This document shows positions 48,388 through 57,655 of a stretch of DNA of 64,000 nt, piece after piece; position 1 is the first letter of the stretch, and every line of letters begins with the position of its first letter. This DNA comes from Spirochaetia bacterium. GTDB lineage: Bacteria; Spirochaetota; Spirochaetia; SZUA-6; Bin103. Below the pieces are notes generated by a model. That model did no database searches. It was given only the letters and a program-made list of their open reading frames with translations, and was not told the origin of the DNA. The translations under genes were made by a program, and so were the position numbers. Location: NCBI GenBank assembly GCA_965203905.1, contig CBDBDQ010000005.1, positions 1,600,001 through 1,664,000 on the forward strand. The letters are read 5' to 3'.

Positions 48388-49238
48388 CGGTTCAATCCCT
48401 CCAGGTAGGCTCGATAGCTGTGGATGGTCTGGCGCGCGGCCGCCTCCGGATCGGGGTAGGAAAACGCCTCGGCGGAGGCCCAGCCGCGGTAGCCGGCGGC
48501 ACCCAGGGCGGCCGCGATGGGGGCGTAGGAGAGATGCCCGCGGCCGGCCGGGCGGCGGTTGCTGTCCACGAAGTGCAGGTGGCCGAGCTGCGCCGCGGCG
48601 GCACTCAGCGCGGCGGCGATGTCGGTCTCCTCGATGTTCATGTGGAACAGGTCGGCGAGCAGGGCGAGGCGCTCGCCGCTGACCCGGGCCAGCAGCTCGC
48701 CGCCCTGATACAGGGTGTTGCAGAGGTCGGTCTCGTAGCGGTTGAGCGGCTCCAGCAGCACCCGTCCGCCGGCCGCGGCGGCGTGCTGAGCGAGCTGCGC
48801 CAGGCTGTCGGCGAGCCGCGCCAGCGCCTCCTCGCGCGGCTCCCCGGCGGCCGAGCGGCCCTGCATCGAGCCGACGATGGCGGGCGCGCCGAACGAGGCC
48901 GCCAACTCGACGATGGCGCGCACGAAATCGACGGCGCGTTGCCGCTGGCCCGGATCGGGGTGGGCCAGGGACAGGCCGTGCACCACGCCGCCCGCGCCCG
49001 TTCCCACCGCCGCCAGCGCCAGCCCGTTGCCCTCCAGGGCGGCGCGCAGCTCCGCTAGCGGCACGGTGTCGGCCGTGGACGGGAACAGCTCCAGGCCGTC
49101 GAAGCCGATGCGCGCCGCAGCGTCACAGGCCGCGGCGGTGTCGTCCCAGAACACGAACGGCCCGCCGCGCACCTCCGGCACCAGGCTCAGAGTCACGGCG
49201 GAGCGCACCCGTGCGCCTTGGCTCACGTCGGATGTCAC
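48384..49238 (-). CDS. Sugar phosphate isomerase/epimerase (xylose isomerase-like TIM barrel)
   Basis: 'LLEPLNRYET', 'DLFHMNIEE', 'HLHFVDSNRRPAGRGH'. Confidence 0.88.
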   Translation of the reverse strand: MTSDVSQGARVRSAVTLSLVPEVRGGPFVFWDDTAAACDAAARIGFDGLELFPSTADTVPLAELRAALEGNGLALAAVGTGAGGVVHGLSLAHPDPGQRQRAVDFVRAIVELAASFGAPAIVGSMQGRSAAGEPREEALARLADSLAQLAQHAAAAGGRVLLEPLNRYETDLCNTLYQGGELLARVSGERLALLADLFHMNIEETDIAAALSAAAAQLGHLHFVDSNRRPAGRGHLSYAPIAAALGAAGYRGWASAEAFSYPDPEAAARQTIHSYRAYLEGLNR

Positions 49239-49267
49239 TTGGTCCTCACGTTTCTCGGTAGTCGGGG

Positions 49268-50038
49268 TCAGCGGGTCGCCAGGGCGTCCAGGAACGCCGC
49301 CACCTCGCGCGTGATCACGTCCAGGTAGCGCGCGCCGGCGGCGGCGTTGGCCGCTGCCGGCCGGTCGGTGAAGCCGCCGCCCTGCTCCCAGCCGTCGGCG
49401 GTGCGCACCCGCGAGGTCGAGGCGCCGGGCACGTCTCGAAAGCGGCCTCCGGCGTTGTCGCCACCGGTGCCGGTCCGCTCCAGCTCCTCCGTGTTCACCA
49501 GCTCGGGGCGGACCGCCATCATCAGCGCGGTCTCGAACTGGCCGGCGTGCCCGGGGATCAGGGAACTTTCGAGGTCGGTCTCCGCCACCAGGGCGGCGCG
49601 CGCGATGTCCCAGTAGGAGGCGGCGCTCACGACGACCGCGCGTCCGCGGCGATGCACAAGGTCGCGGGTGGCGATGTCGTTGCCGGCCTCGTTGCCGCCG
49701 TGGCCGTTGATCACCGCGAGCCGGCGGAAGCCGGAACGGTAGAGGGAATCGCACAGCTCGCCCACCGCCGCCAGGTAGCTGCCGCTGGACAGGGTCAGCA
49801 CCCCGGGAAACGGGAAGTGGTGCGCCGAGTCGCCGTAGCGCAGGGTCGGCGCCACCACGATCTCGCTCGCCGCGCGTTGCGTGGCGCCGGTCACCACCGC
49901 TTCGCAGAGGAACGTATCGACCCCCACCGGCAGGTGCGGGCCGTGCTGCTCGATCGACGCCGTGGGCAGCACCGCCAGGCTGTGGGGCGCCAGCTCGCCG
50001 ACTCGCTCGCGGGTGAGGTCAGGCAGTCGCAGAATCAC
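49268..50038 (-). CDS. Creatininase family amidohydrolase
   Basis: 'SIEQHGPHLPVGVD', 'NGHGGN', 'HAGQFETA'. Confidence 0.9.
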   Translation of the reverse strand: MILRLPDLTRERVGELAPHSLAVLPTASIEQHGPHLPVGVDTFLCEAVVTGATQRAASEIVVAPTLRYGDSAHHFPFPGVLTLSSGSYLAAVGELCDSLYRSGFRRLAVINGHGGNEAGNDIATRDLVHRRGRAVVVSAASYWDIARAALVAETDLESSLIPGHAGQFETALMMAVRPELVNTEELERTGTGGDNAGGRFRDVPGASTSRVRTADGWEQGGGFTDRPAAANAAAGARYLDVITREVAAFLDALATR

Positions 50039-50175
50039 GGCGCCATCCTATGGGGTTGCGGGCGTTGCGACAACATGCCGGCGGCTACAGGCGGCTACTG
50101 CGGTCCGGGTGCCGCTGCCCGGCCGCGGCGCGCTGCCGGCGGCGCGCCGCGGCCGACGCGCGCCTGACCGTGACG

Positions 50176-51012
50176 TCAGCCGGATGCGCCATCGTCCAGC
50201 AAACGCTGCAGGTAGCGGTAGTCCATCCTGGTCATGGCAACCACGTCCTCCACCGGCTCGTCGTACTCGCTGTGCAGGCTCATGGTGCCGGCGAAGCCGA
50301 TGCGGCGCAGCGCGGCCAGGGCGGCGGGGTAGTCGACGAAGCCGCGGCCCAGGGGCATCGTGCAGGTGCGCGTCGGCGCCCCGCGTCCCCACCAGCCGCC
50401 CTCCGGCAGTGCCACCCGCAGCAGGTCCTTGCACGCCACGCAGGCCAGGTACTCGCGCACCATTTCAAGTGCCATCGCGATCGGCTCTCCGCACACCGCC
50501 AGGTGGCCGGGGTCGGCGAACACGCCCACGTACGCCGCGTCGAAGTCCTGCACCAGGTGCATCATCTGCGACGAGTTCATGCCCAGGGTGGTGCCGGAGT
50601 GGTTGTGCACCACCGTCTTCACCCCGTAGCGGCGCGACCACTCCTGAAAGGTGGCCAGCCATTCGCGGATCTCGGCGACCTGGTCCCAGAAGCGCCGCTC
50701 CGGGTCCCAGCCCCAGTAGCCGAGCTTCAGGTGGGCGACGCCGGCGCTGCCGCAGGCCTCGTAGAACGCCTCCGCGCCGGGGCTGTCGGGGGAGGTGAGG
50801 CTGGTCGGCGCGGTGACCAGGGGAATCTCCAGGCCGGCGTCGCGGAACCGCTGTGCCGCGCGCGGCAGCTCTGTGGCCATGTTGTCCGGGTTGACCGGAT
50901 AGCCGGGCCGCACCGCCAGGTCCGCCCCGGCGACGCCGACGTGGGTGAGGGTGGCGATCAGCTCCTCCAGGTCGAGGCCGGTGAGGTGCTTGGTGAACAT
51001 CACGAACTGCAT
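50176..51012 (-). CDS. Sugar phosphate isomerase/epimerase family protein
   Basis: 'MFTKHL', 'DLAVRPG', 'HNHSG', 'DPGH', 'SLHSEY'. Confidence 0.85.
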   Translation of the reverse strand: MQFVMFTKHLTGLDLEELIATLTHVGVAGADLAVRPGYPVNPDNMATELPRAAQRFRDAGLEIPLVTAPTSLTSPDSPGAEAFYEACGSAGVAHLKLGYWGWDPERRFWDQVAEIREWLATFQEWSRRYGVKTVVHNHSGTTLGMNSSQMMHLVQDFDAAYVGVFADPGHLAVCGEPIAMALEMVREYLACVACKDLLRVALPEGGWWGRGAPTRTCTMPLGRGFVDYPAALAALRRIGFAGTMSLHSEYDEPVEDVVAMTRMDYRYLQRLLDDGASG

Positions 51013-51116
51013 TGGACGGCAGCCTACGGCTGCGGCCGGCGGCTGGCAAGGCTGCCAGGGCTGGCAGCCGGTGCCCAGCGCCCGCGAAATCAGTACATTT
51101 CGAGGCAGGCCGCGCC

Positions 51117-52928
51117 ATGAGCAACCGTTCCGCACCTGCCACGGCATCGCCCCCGCCCGCCGGTACCCTGGACGGTCCGAACCGGACGGCCAGGTCGGTC
51201 TCCCGCGCCGGCATTCGCCACGCCCTCACCACCATCGTCTGGCCGCGGCGCTGGCTGCTGCTCCTCGGGCTGCTGCTGATCGCGGTCAACCGCCTGTCCG
51301 GCCTGGTGTTGCCCGGAGCCTCCAAGTACCTGATCGACGACGTGATCGGCAACCGCAACACCGAGCTGCTGACGGTGCTGCTGCTCGCCGTGGCCGGGGC
51401 GGTGCTGGCGCAGGCGGCGAGCTCGTTCCTGCTCACCCGGTTGCTGAGCGTGCAGGCACAACACCTGATCTCGGTGCTGCGGGCACGCATTCAGCGCCAC
51501 GTGCAGCGCCTGCCGGTGGCGTTCTTCGACAACAACCAGACCGGGGCCCTGGTGTCGCGCGTGATGAACGACGTCGAAGGGGTGCGCAACCTGGTGGGAA
51601 CCGGGCTGGTGCACTTGGTGGGCGGGGTCATCACCGCGGTGGTGGCGGTGATTCTCCTGCTCCGCATCAGCCCGCCGATGACCCTGTTCACGGTGATACC
51701 GCTGGCGATCTTCGGCGTGACGGCGGGCCGGGTGTTCGGTCTGATACGGCCGATCTTCCGCCAGCGCGGGGCGATCACCGCCGAGGTCACAGGCCGCCTC
51801 ACCGAGTCGCTGGCCGGCATCCGCGTGGTCAAGGGGTTCCACGCCGAGGCGCACGAGGACCGGGTGTTCGCGCGCGGCGTGGAGCGCATCTTCGCCAACG
51901 TGCGCAGCTCCCTGACCGCCACCAGCCTGGTCACCAGCGGCGGCGCCCTGATCATGGGCCTGAGCGCGGTGCTGATCATGGGCGTGGGCGGCTCGCTGAT
52001 CCTGCGTGACGCCATGACGGTCGGCGACTTCGTGTCGTTCAGCCTCTACCTGGGATTCATGATCGCCCCGATCGTGCAGATGAGCCGCATCGGCACCGAG
52101 ATGACCGAGGCGTTCGCGGGCCTGGACCGGATGCAGGAGGTGCTGGCGCAGCAGCCGGAGGGCGAGGAACCGGCGCGCACGGTGGCGCTGCAGCAGGTGC
52201 GCGGCGACATCCGCTTCGAGCGCGTTTCCTTCAGCTACCAGGCAAGTGCCCCGGTGCTGCACGAGGTGAGTCTGGAAGCCCCGTCCGGCACCATGACCGC
52301 CCTCGTGGGGGCGTCCGGATCGGGCAAGACCACCATCGCGGGGCTGGCCGCCTCGTTCCTGGCGCCCGACTCCGGGGTGGTGAGCATCGACGGCCACGAC
52401 CTGGCCACGGTCACCCTGGACAGCTACCGCAGCCGCCTCGGCGTGGTGCTCCAGGACGAGTTCCTGTTCGCCGGCACCATCCGCGAGAACATCCTGTTCG
52501 CGCGTCCGGAAGCGGACGAGGAGGCGGTGCGCGCGGCGGCGCGGGCGGCGCACGTGGACGAGTTCAGCGACCGCTTCGAGGACGGGCTGGACACCCTCAT
52601 CGGCGAGCGCGGGGTCAAGCTCTCCGGCGGCCAGCGGCAGCGGGTGGCGCTGGCGCGCGCCATCCTGGCGGATCCGCGGGTGCTGATCCTGGACGAGGCC
52701 ACCTCCAACCTCGACAACGAGAGCGAGGCGTTCATCCAGCAGAGCCTGGCCGAGCTGATGGTGGGCCGCACCACGCTGGTGATCGCCCACCGCCTGAGCA
52801 CTATCCGCCGCGCCGACCAGATCCTGGTGGTGGAGGAGGGCCGCATCGTGGAGCGCGGCCGCCACGACGAGCTGATCGCCGCCGCCGGCCGCTACCAGCA
52901 GCTCTACGAGTACCAGGCACGCATATAG
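51117..52928 (+). CDS. ABC exporter, fused permease and ATPase (MsbA/Sav1866 type)
   Basis: TM domain, 'GASGSGKTT', 'LSGGQRQR', 'ILDEATS', 'IAHRLST'. Confidence 0.92.
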   Translation: MSNRSAPATASPPPAGTLDGPNRTARSVSRAGIRHALTTIVWPRRWLLLLGLLLIAVNRLSGLVLPGASKYLIDDVIGNRNTELLTVLLLAVAGAVLAQAASSFLLTRLLSVQAQHLISVLRARIQRHVQRLPVAFFDNNQTGALVSRVMNDVEGVRNLVGTGLVHLVGGVITAVVAVILLLRISPPMTLFTVIPLAIFGVTAGRVFGLIRPIFRQRGAITAEVTGRLTESLAGIRVVKGFHAEAHEDRVFARGVERIFANVRSSLTATSLVTSGGALIMGLSAVLIMGVGGSLILRDAMTVGDFVSFSLYLGFMIAPIVQMSRIGTEMTEAFAGLDRMQEVLAQQPEGEEPARTVALQQVRGDIRFERVSFSYQASAPVLHEVSLEAPSGTMTALVGASGSGKTTIAGLAASFLAPDSGVVSIDGHDLATVTLDSYRSRLGVVLQDEFLFAGTIRENILFARPEADEEAVRAAARAAHVDEFSDRFEDGLDTLIGERGVKLSGGQRQRVALARAILADPRVLILDEATSNLDNESEAFIQQSLAELMVGRTTLVIAHRLSTIRRADQILVVEEGRIVERGRHDELIAAAGRYQQLYEYQARI

Positions 52929-53153
52929 TAGATTTGCACATTGAATACTGCAAACGAACTCTGCGAACACGACAGTGAACGAGAGCACGAGGTGCCCACG
53001 ACGCTTGGAGAGCTTGGTTGCTTATTGCGAGAGTATGTGACGACTCGGTAGACTGTCCCGTAAGGATGTTCCGTGCGCATCATCAACTCTGCCATCTCAC
53101 TCAAGGCTCGCCGATAGAGCGAACCGTAGCGTATCCATTGGGATCCGCTGTAC

Positions 53154-54083
53154 GTGGTCAGGGTGAATGGCACTAGCGAAATGATTCAGATTGAAAGCGA
53201 CTACTCCGCGGAGGCTAAGTGTGTAGTGCGGCTTGGGCATTGGAGAGACCTCCTCTCCCAGATGCCGAAGGAATGCGTCGACCTCACTGTTACTTCACCA
53301 CCGTATTGCATTGGCAAGAGCTATGACACCAGCAAGACACTGGATACATTTCGTGAAGAGCATCTTGACATCATCCCGCGTATCGTCAGCATTACTCGAC
53401 CCGGCGGAAACATTTGTTGGCAGGTGGGATATCACGTCCGGAATGCGACGCTTACACCACTGGACTTTGTAGTCCACGAGATATTCGCGTCGATTCCAGA
53501 CGTTGTACTCCGAAATCGGATCATTTGGACGTTCAACAGTGGACTTCACTGCTCAAGACGTCTAAGTGGAAGACATGAGGTCGTTCTATGGTACTCGAAA
53601 GGAGACGATTACCACTTTGAACTAGATCCCATTCGCCTGCCGCAACTGTATCCTGGAAAAAGGCATCACAAGGGCACGAAGCGTGGCCAACTAAGTGGGA
53701 ATCCACTTGGAAAGAATCCCGGAGATGTGTGGGCTATACCTCAGGTTAAAGCCAGCAGTGTAGAGAAGACTCGACATCCATGTCAGTTTCCTATCGGGCT
53801 GGTGCAGGGGCTCATTCGCTCTCTATGTCCACCAAAAGGGATGGTGGTGGATCCTTTCCTGGGATCAGGGACTACGGGGGCCGCTGCTGCTATTGAAGGT
53901 CGTCGGTTCGCCGGAGCCGAAATAGACGAGGACTACTATCGTCTTTCCGTGGAACGAATACAGCAAGCAGTAGACGGTAACCTTCGATATAGACCATACG
54001 GCAAGCCACTTCAAGTACCTACAGGGCGAGTAGCTCAACGCCCTCCGGAGTTTGATTCGCTTGAACAAGAGGTAGTCAGATGA
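53154..54083 (+). CDS. Site-specific DNA methyltransferase, beta class (N4-C/N6-A; resembles the M.BglII group)
   Basis: Motif IV 'VTSPPY' precedes motif I 'DPFLGSGTTG'; 'GKNPGDVW', 'EKTRHPCQFP'; start 53154 or 53181. Confidence 0.92.
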   Translation: MVRVNGTSEMIQIESDYSAEAKCVVRLGHWRDLLSQMPKECVDLTVTSPPYCIGKSYDTSKTLDTFREEHLDIIPRIVSITRPGGNICWQVGYHVRNATLTPLDFVVHEIFASIPDVVLRNRIIWTFNSGLHCSRRLSGRHEVVLWYSKGDDYHFELDPIRLPQLYPGKRHHKGTKRGQLSGNPLGKNPGDVWAIPQVKASSVEKTRHPCQFPIGLVQGLIRSLCPPKGMVVDPFLGSGTTGAAAAIEGRRFAGAEIDEDYYRLSVERIQQAVDGNLRYRPYGKPLQVPTGRVAQRPPEFDSLEQEVVR

Positions 54084-55102
54084 ATAGCGATACGATTAGA
54101 TATCAAGCAGTGCCTTTACGTCAAGATCGCGAGACACTGTACGTTTTTTCTGCACCGGCGAGGGATCTCGACGAAATACTTGAGATAAATCAACGAGAGA
54201 CCGACAGAGACGAAGGATACCAACGTACACTGTCAGAGTCGCGAATTCGGTCGATCTCCGAATTTGTTAACAAACGAAACCAAATCCCCACCTCAATCGT
54301 AGTATGTCTGAGTGGCGCCGAGTTCGACTCGGAGTCCGGAGAATTGGTAATACCGAGGAGATCGGACTCAGGATGGGTGATAGATGGGCAACATCGTCTC
54401 AAGGGGGCGACGCAGGCAACCATTACCGTTGAGCTAGCTGTTGTGGCTTTTCTGAACCTTGAATTGGAACGTCAAATCTATCAATTCGTGACCATCAACC
54501 GCACCGCGAAAGGCGTCCCTACGTCTCTGTACTATGACCTTCTCCGGCACCTTCCGCCTAGCAAGACACCAGCGGAGAAAGCACGTGAGAAAGCAGCTGA
54601 CATCGCCCATGAACTCACCCGGGACGAAGAATCTCCGTTGTTCAATAGGATTGTCGTAACATCTCCGCGCCCTGGTCAGTCTCTTTCCTTAAACAACTTT
54701 GTCAGAAAGGTCGCGCCACTCCTCCAGGATGAGCCTGCAAAGTCACCGATAGCCACATTAAACGTCACTGAGCAGACGAAGATCGTCGACAACTACTTTC
54801 GCGGCCTACGAGAGAACGATCCACAGCTGTTCCGATATACGCCTACAGTCGTGTTCCGTACGCTCGGTTTCGGTGCTTTGTTGAATGCGCTGTCGACGAT
54901 ATTCAGTCTAACGCTCACTCACTACCAAGGGTTTCGTGTCGAAGATGTTGCCGCGGTCTTTTCGCGGATTGAATTTGATTTCACAGCGTGGGATAAAGCT
55001 GGATCGGGAAACGCCGCTGAGTTACAAGCGGGAAAGGATCTTGAGGAGGCAGCTCGCTATGCTTTTCCAACGAAAACTACCGGATCCATCATAAGGCTGT
55101 GA
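54080..55102 (+). CDS. DGQHR domain protein (DndB-like, ParB/Srx superfamily)
   Basis: 'GYQRTL..SRI..I', 'IPTSIV', 'VIDGQHRL', 'QFVTINRTAKGV'. Confidence 0.88.
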   Translation: MNSDTIRYQAVPLRQDRETLYVFSAPARDLDEILEINQRETDRDEGYQRTLSESRIRSISEFVNKRNQIPTSIVVCLSGAEFDSESGELVIPRRSDSGWVIDGQHRLKGATQATITVELAVVAFLNLELERQIYQFVTINRTAKGVPTSLYYDLLRHLPPSKTPAEKAREKAADIAHELTRDEESPLFNRIVVTSPRPGQSLSLNNFVRKVAPLLQDEPAKSPIATLNVTEQTKIVDNYFRGLRENDPQLFRYTPTVVFRTLGFGALLNALSTIFSLTLTHYQGFRVEDVAAVFSRIEFDFTAWDKAGSGNAAELQAGKDLEEAARYAFPTKTTGSIIRL

Positions 55103-56025
55103 GTAGGTTCGAGAGAAGCGTCAAGTTAGTCTCCAACAAAGATTGGAAGTCGTTACGGTCATTCTGGTTTCGCCATATTCCTGAGATAAATGATCTTGCA
55201 CAAGAGCCCACCGACACGCTTGCACATAGCGTAGATCTTCAACGAGAGTCGAGCGTCGCCCCAAAGACAGGAGATCACCGTTTTCTGGTTTCTGTGAATC
55301 CAGCATCTCTGTTGTTTCGGGAGGCTCTGTTTGTCTTATGTAAGGCTGTTAGAGTTTCCTGTGAGTCTGGTTCGCAGGTTGTTTCGGGGTTACCCACTTG
55401 GTCAGTCTCCACGGCTCACCACGGTACTATATTTGCACTGAAAGCATTTCTTGGTTTTTGTGGTATCGGATATGTGATCTTCGACAGTGGGCACTTCTTG
55501 ATCGACGTTTATCCATCGCATCCAAAAGGAAAACGTCAGAGGAAGACCCGACATATGACGGACGATACGGAGATCCAGTTAATTCGTATTCCACAGATGG
55601 GACATCGTGAATGGTGGCTGTTGTATCAACGGATCTTGCGATCTTCAAAAGGATTTAGTTGGCGGTTTCCAGTCGATAAGCAATCGTGGCTGTGTGACGA
55701 GAGAATATTCTCGAAGCACAGAAATCAACTACACTATCGCCTCCGTTGGTTCTACGACGACTTGCTCGAAACAAAGTTCGTTGCAGGCTTCGGAGAATTC
55801 AGCGAGGGCAGAGCTGAGACAGTTATAGCGAAGCTAAGTGAGCCTGATGGTTCGGAAGGGGTGCTAACCCTCAATCAGATTGTTTTAGGCAATGCGCTGT
55901 CGATGTTGATAGACCTCTCGGAGGTGAGTAAGAGCCTGACGATTGTGATTGAGGAGATCAAGACGGCCGTTGAGGTACTGAAGAACGATGTAGTTGAGAG
56001 CTGGTTTTCTCACCTTTCGGAATGA
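55099..56025 (+). CDS. Putative HEPN-fold protein (possible RNase effector)
   Basis: 'GLPTWSVSTAHHGTIFALKAFLGFCGI' helix, 'GHREWW', 'HRNQLHY' motif. Confidence 0.55.
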   Translation: MSRFERSVKLVSNKDWKSLRSFWFRHIPEINDLAQEPTDTLAHSVDLQRESSVAPKTGDHRFLVSVNPASLLFREALFVLCKAVRVSCESGSQVVSGLPTWSVSTAHHGTIFALKAFLGFCGIGYVIFDSGHFLIDVYPSHPKGKRQRKTRHMTDDTEIQLIRIPQMGHREWWLLYQRILRSSKGFSWRFPVDKQSWLCDERIFSKHRNQLHYRLRWFYDDLLETKFVAGFGEFSEGRAETVIAKLSEPDGSEGVLTLNQIVLGNALSMLIDLSEVSKSLTIVIEEIKTAVEVLKNDVVESWFSHLSE

Positions 56026-56138
56026 GTAACCTCTGCGAATATAGCTATCCAATGTGTTTTCGGTTCACGCTGGGTCGGCTTGTGCGCTGTAGTCGTGGAC
56101 GTGTTTCTTCGTGAGGTCGCTCGTCGGTGTGGACAGGA

Positions 56139-57602
56139 CTATCGACGCAAGGGTGCATGGGTGGGGTGGCTCCAGGTTGGCGCTTCGTCCGGGGTCGGCG
56201 AGTTGGCGAAGGTGCCGCGCGCCAGCACCGCGGCGCGGCCGCCGCAGGCCTCCACCCGCGCCGCCTGGTCCGCCTTGGCGCGGCGGTCCACCGCCTCCGG
56301 GTCGAGCAGCACGCGCAGCTCCCCTTCGAAGCGGCGCAACAGGTCCGGTGCCCGCGCATCCGCCGCCGCGGCCAGGTCATGGCGTTCCTCCGGGTCGGCG
56401 ACCAGGTCGAACAGCTGTGGCGGCCCGTCCACGTAGTACAGGTACTTGTAGCGGCTGTCGCGCAGCATGAAGGAGGCCGCCGCGGAGCCCACCGCGTGGT
56501 ACTCGCTGAACACCGTGCGTTCGTGGGGCGGTGCGGCCGCGAGCTGCCACAGGTCGCCTCCCGGCAGTCCCTCGGCGGGGGTGCCTCCCACCGCGGCCAC
56601 CACCGTCGGGTAGCAGTCCACCAGGCTGGCGGGGGTGCTCACGCTGTGGCCCGCGGGCACGCCGGGGCCGGCCAGGATCAGCGGCACCGCGGCCGACTCG
56701 TCGTAGAGGGTAAACTTGCCGGTCAGGCCGCGCGCGCCCAGCGACTCGCCGTGATCGGAGGTGTAAATGACGCGGGTGGACGGCGCCAGCCCCAGCTCGG
56801 CGAGCGCCGCCAGCACGCGGCCGATCTGGGCGTCCAGGTGGCTGCAGGCGGCGTAGTAGGCGGCGCCGAGATTGCGCAGCTCCTCCTCGGTGAACGGTTC
56901 GTCCTGGCGGAAGAAGTGGCGGAACGCGGCGCTGGCGGGATGCCGCGGCCATTGCTCCGGTTGCCACTGCGGCGGCAGCGGCGGCCCCAGTTCGCGGTAG
57001 CGCCGGTACCACTCCTCGGGGCCGATGTAGGGCGGGTGCGGGCACACGAACGAGACGAACAGCACCCAGGGCCTGGCGTCGGCGGCATGGCGGCGCAGCC
57101 AGTCCACGGCGTTGGTGGCGTTGCGCTCGTCGTAGGCCAGGTAGGAGGAGTTGCCCGGACCCGCGCCCAGCACGCCGGCGCGGGCGTTGCGCCGCGGCGG
57201 GTCGTCGCGCACGCAGCCCAGCAGGTCGCCCAGCCCCTCCACTACGTGCAGCGGCTCGATCTCGGTGCCGAAGCCGTTGTCGTCCGCCGCGCTGCGGAAA
57301 TGCAGCTTGCCGATCGAGTCGACGGTGAACCCCTCGCCGCGCAGGTGGTGCCCCCAGCTCGGGGTGCTGCCGTCGTAGGGGATGCCGTTGTCCCAGCAGC
57401 CGATCTCGTGGACGTAGCGGCCGGTCGCCAGAGAGGCGCGTGCCGGCACGCAGATCGGGCAGTTGGTATAGGCGCCGGTGAAGCGGGTGCCGCGCCGCGC
57501 CAGGGCGTCGAGGTGCGGGGTGATGCCGGGCCCGCCGTAGCAGCCGAGGCCGGAGCGGGTGTGTTGGTCGGAGAGCAGAAACAGCAGGTTGGTCGGTGGC
57601 AC
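56139..57602 (-). CDS. Sulfatase (choline sulfatase-like, Cys type)
   Basis: 'LSDQH', 'CVPAR' (CxPxR), 'GKLH', 'TSDHG'. Confidence 0.9.
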   Translation of the reverse strand: MPPTNLLFLLSDQHTRSGLGCYGGPGITPHLDALARRGTRFTGAYTNCPICVPARASLATGRYVHEIGCWDNGIPYDGSTPSWGHHLRGEGFTVDSIGKLHFRSAADDNGFGTEIEPLHVVEGLGDLLGCVRDDPPRRNARAGVLGAGPGNSSYLAYDERNATNAVDWLRRHAADARPWVLFVSFVCPHPPYIGPEEWYRRYRELGPPLPPQWQPEQWPRHPASAAFRHFFRQDEPFTEEELRNLGAAYYAACSHLDAQIGRVLAALAELGLAPSTRVIYTSDHGESLGARGLTGKFTLYDESAAVPLILAGPGVPAGHSVSTPASLVDCYPTVVAAVGGTPAEGLPGGDLWQLAAAPPHERTVFSEYHAVGSAAASFMLRDSRYKYLYYVDGPPQLFDLVADPEERHDLAAAADARAPDLLRRFEGELRVLLDPEAVDRRAKADQAARVEACGGRAAVLARGTFANSPTPDEAPTWSHPTHAPLRR

Positions 57603-57655
57603 GGCGCCAGCCTACCACGCGAGCGCGGCGCCCGGTCTCGCTCTGCGGGCGGCCG

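Larger units (their letters stand above)
52929..56138. mobile_element. AT-richer horizontally acquired island carrying a three-gene operon; no integrase or transposase
   Basis: Abrupt drop in GC and change of codon usage from the ABC gene stop to the sulfatase stop (judged by eye). Confidence 0.7.

Noticed and set aside
54080-55102. Calling the island a Dnd phosphorothioate or Dpd system
   Set aside because: Only the DGQHR gene is present; there are no dndA/C/D/E, dndFGH or dpdA-like genes in the window
52959-56039. CTCTGCGAA at both ends of the island (52959-52967 and 56031-56039) as an att site or target duplication
   Set aside because: Only 9 bp and inside the AT-rich edges, so it may be chance; unsupported without an empty-site comparison
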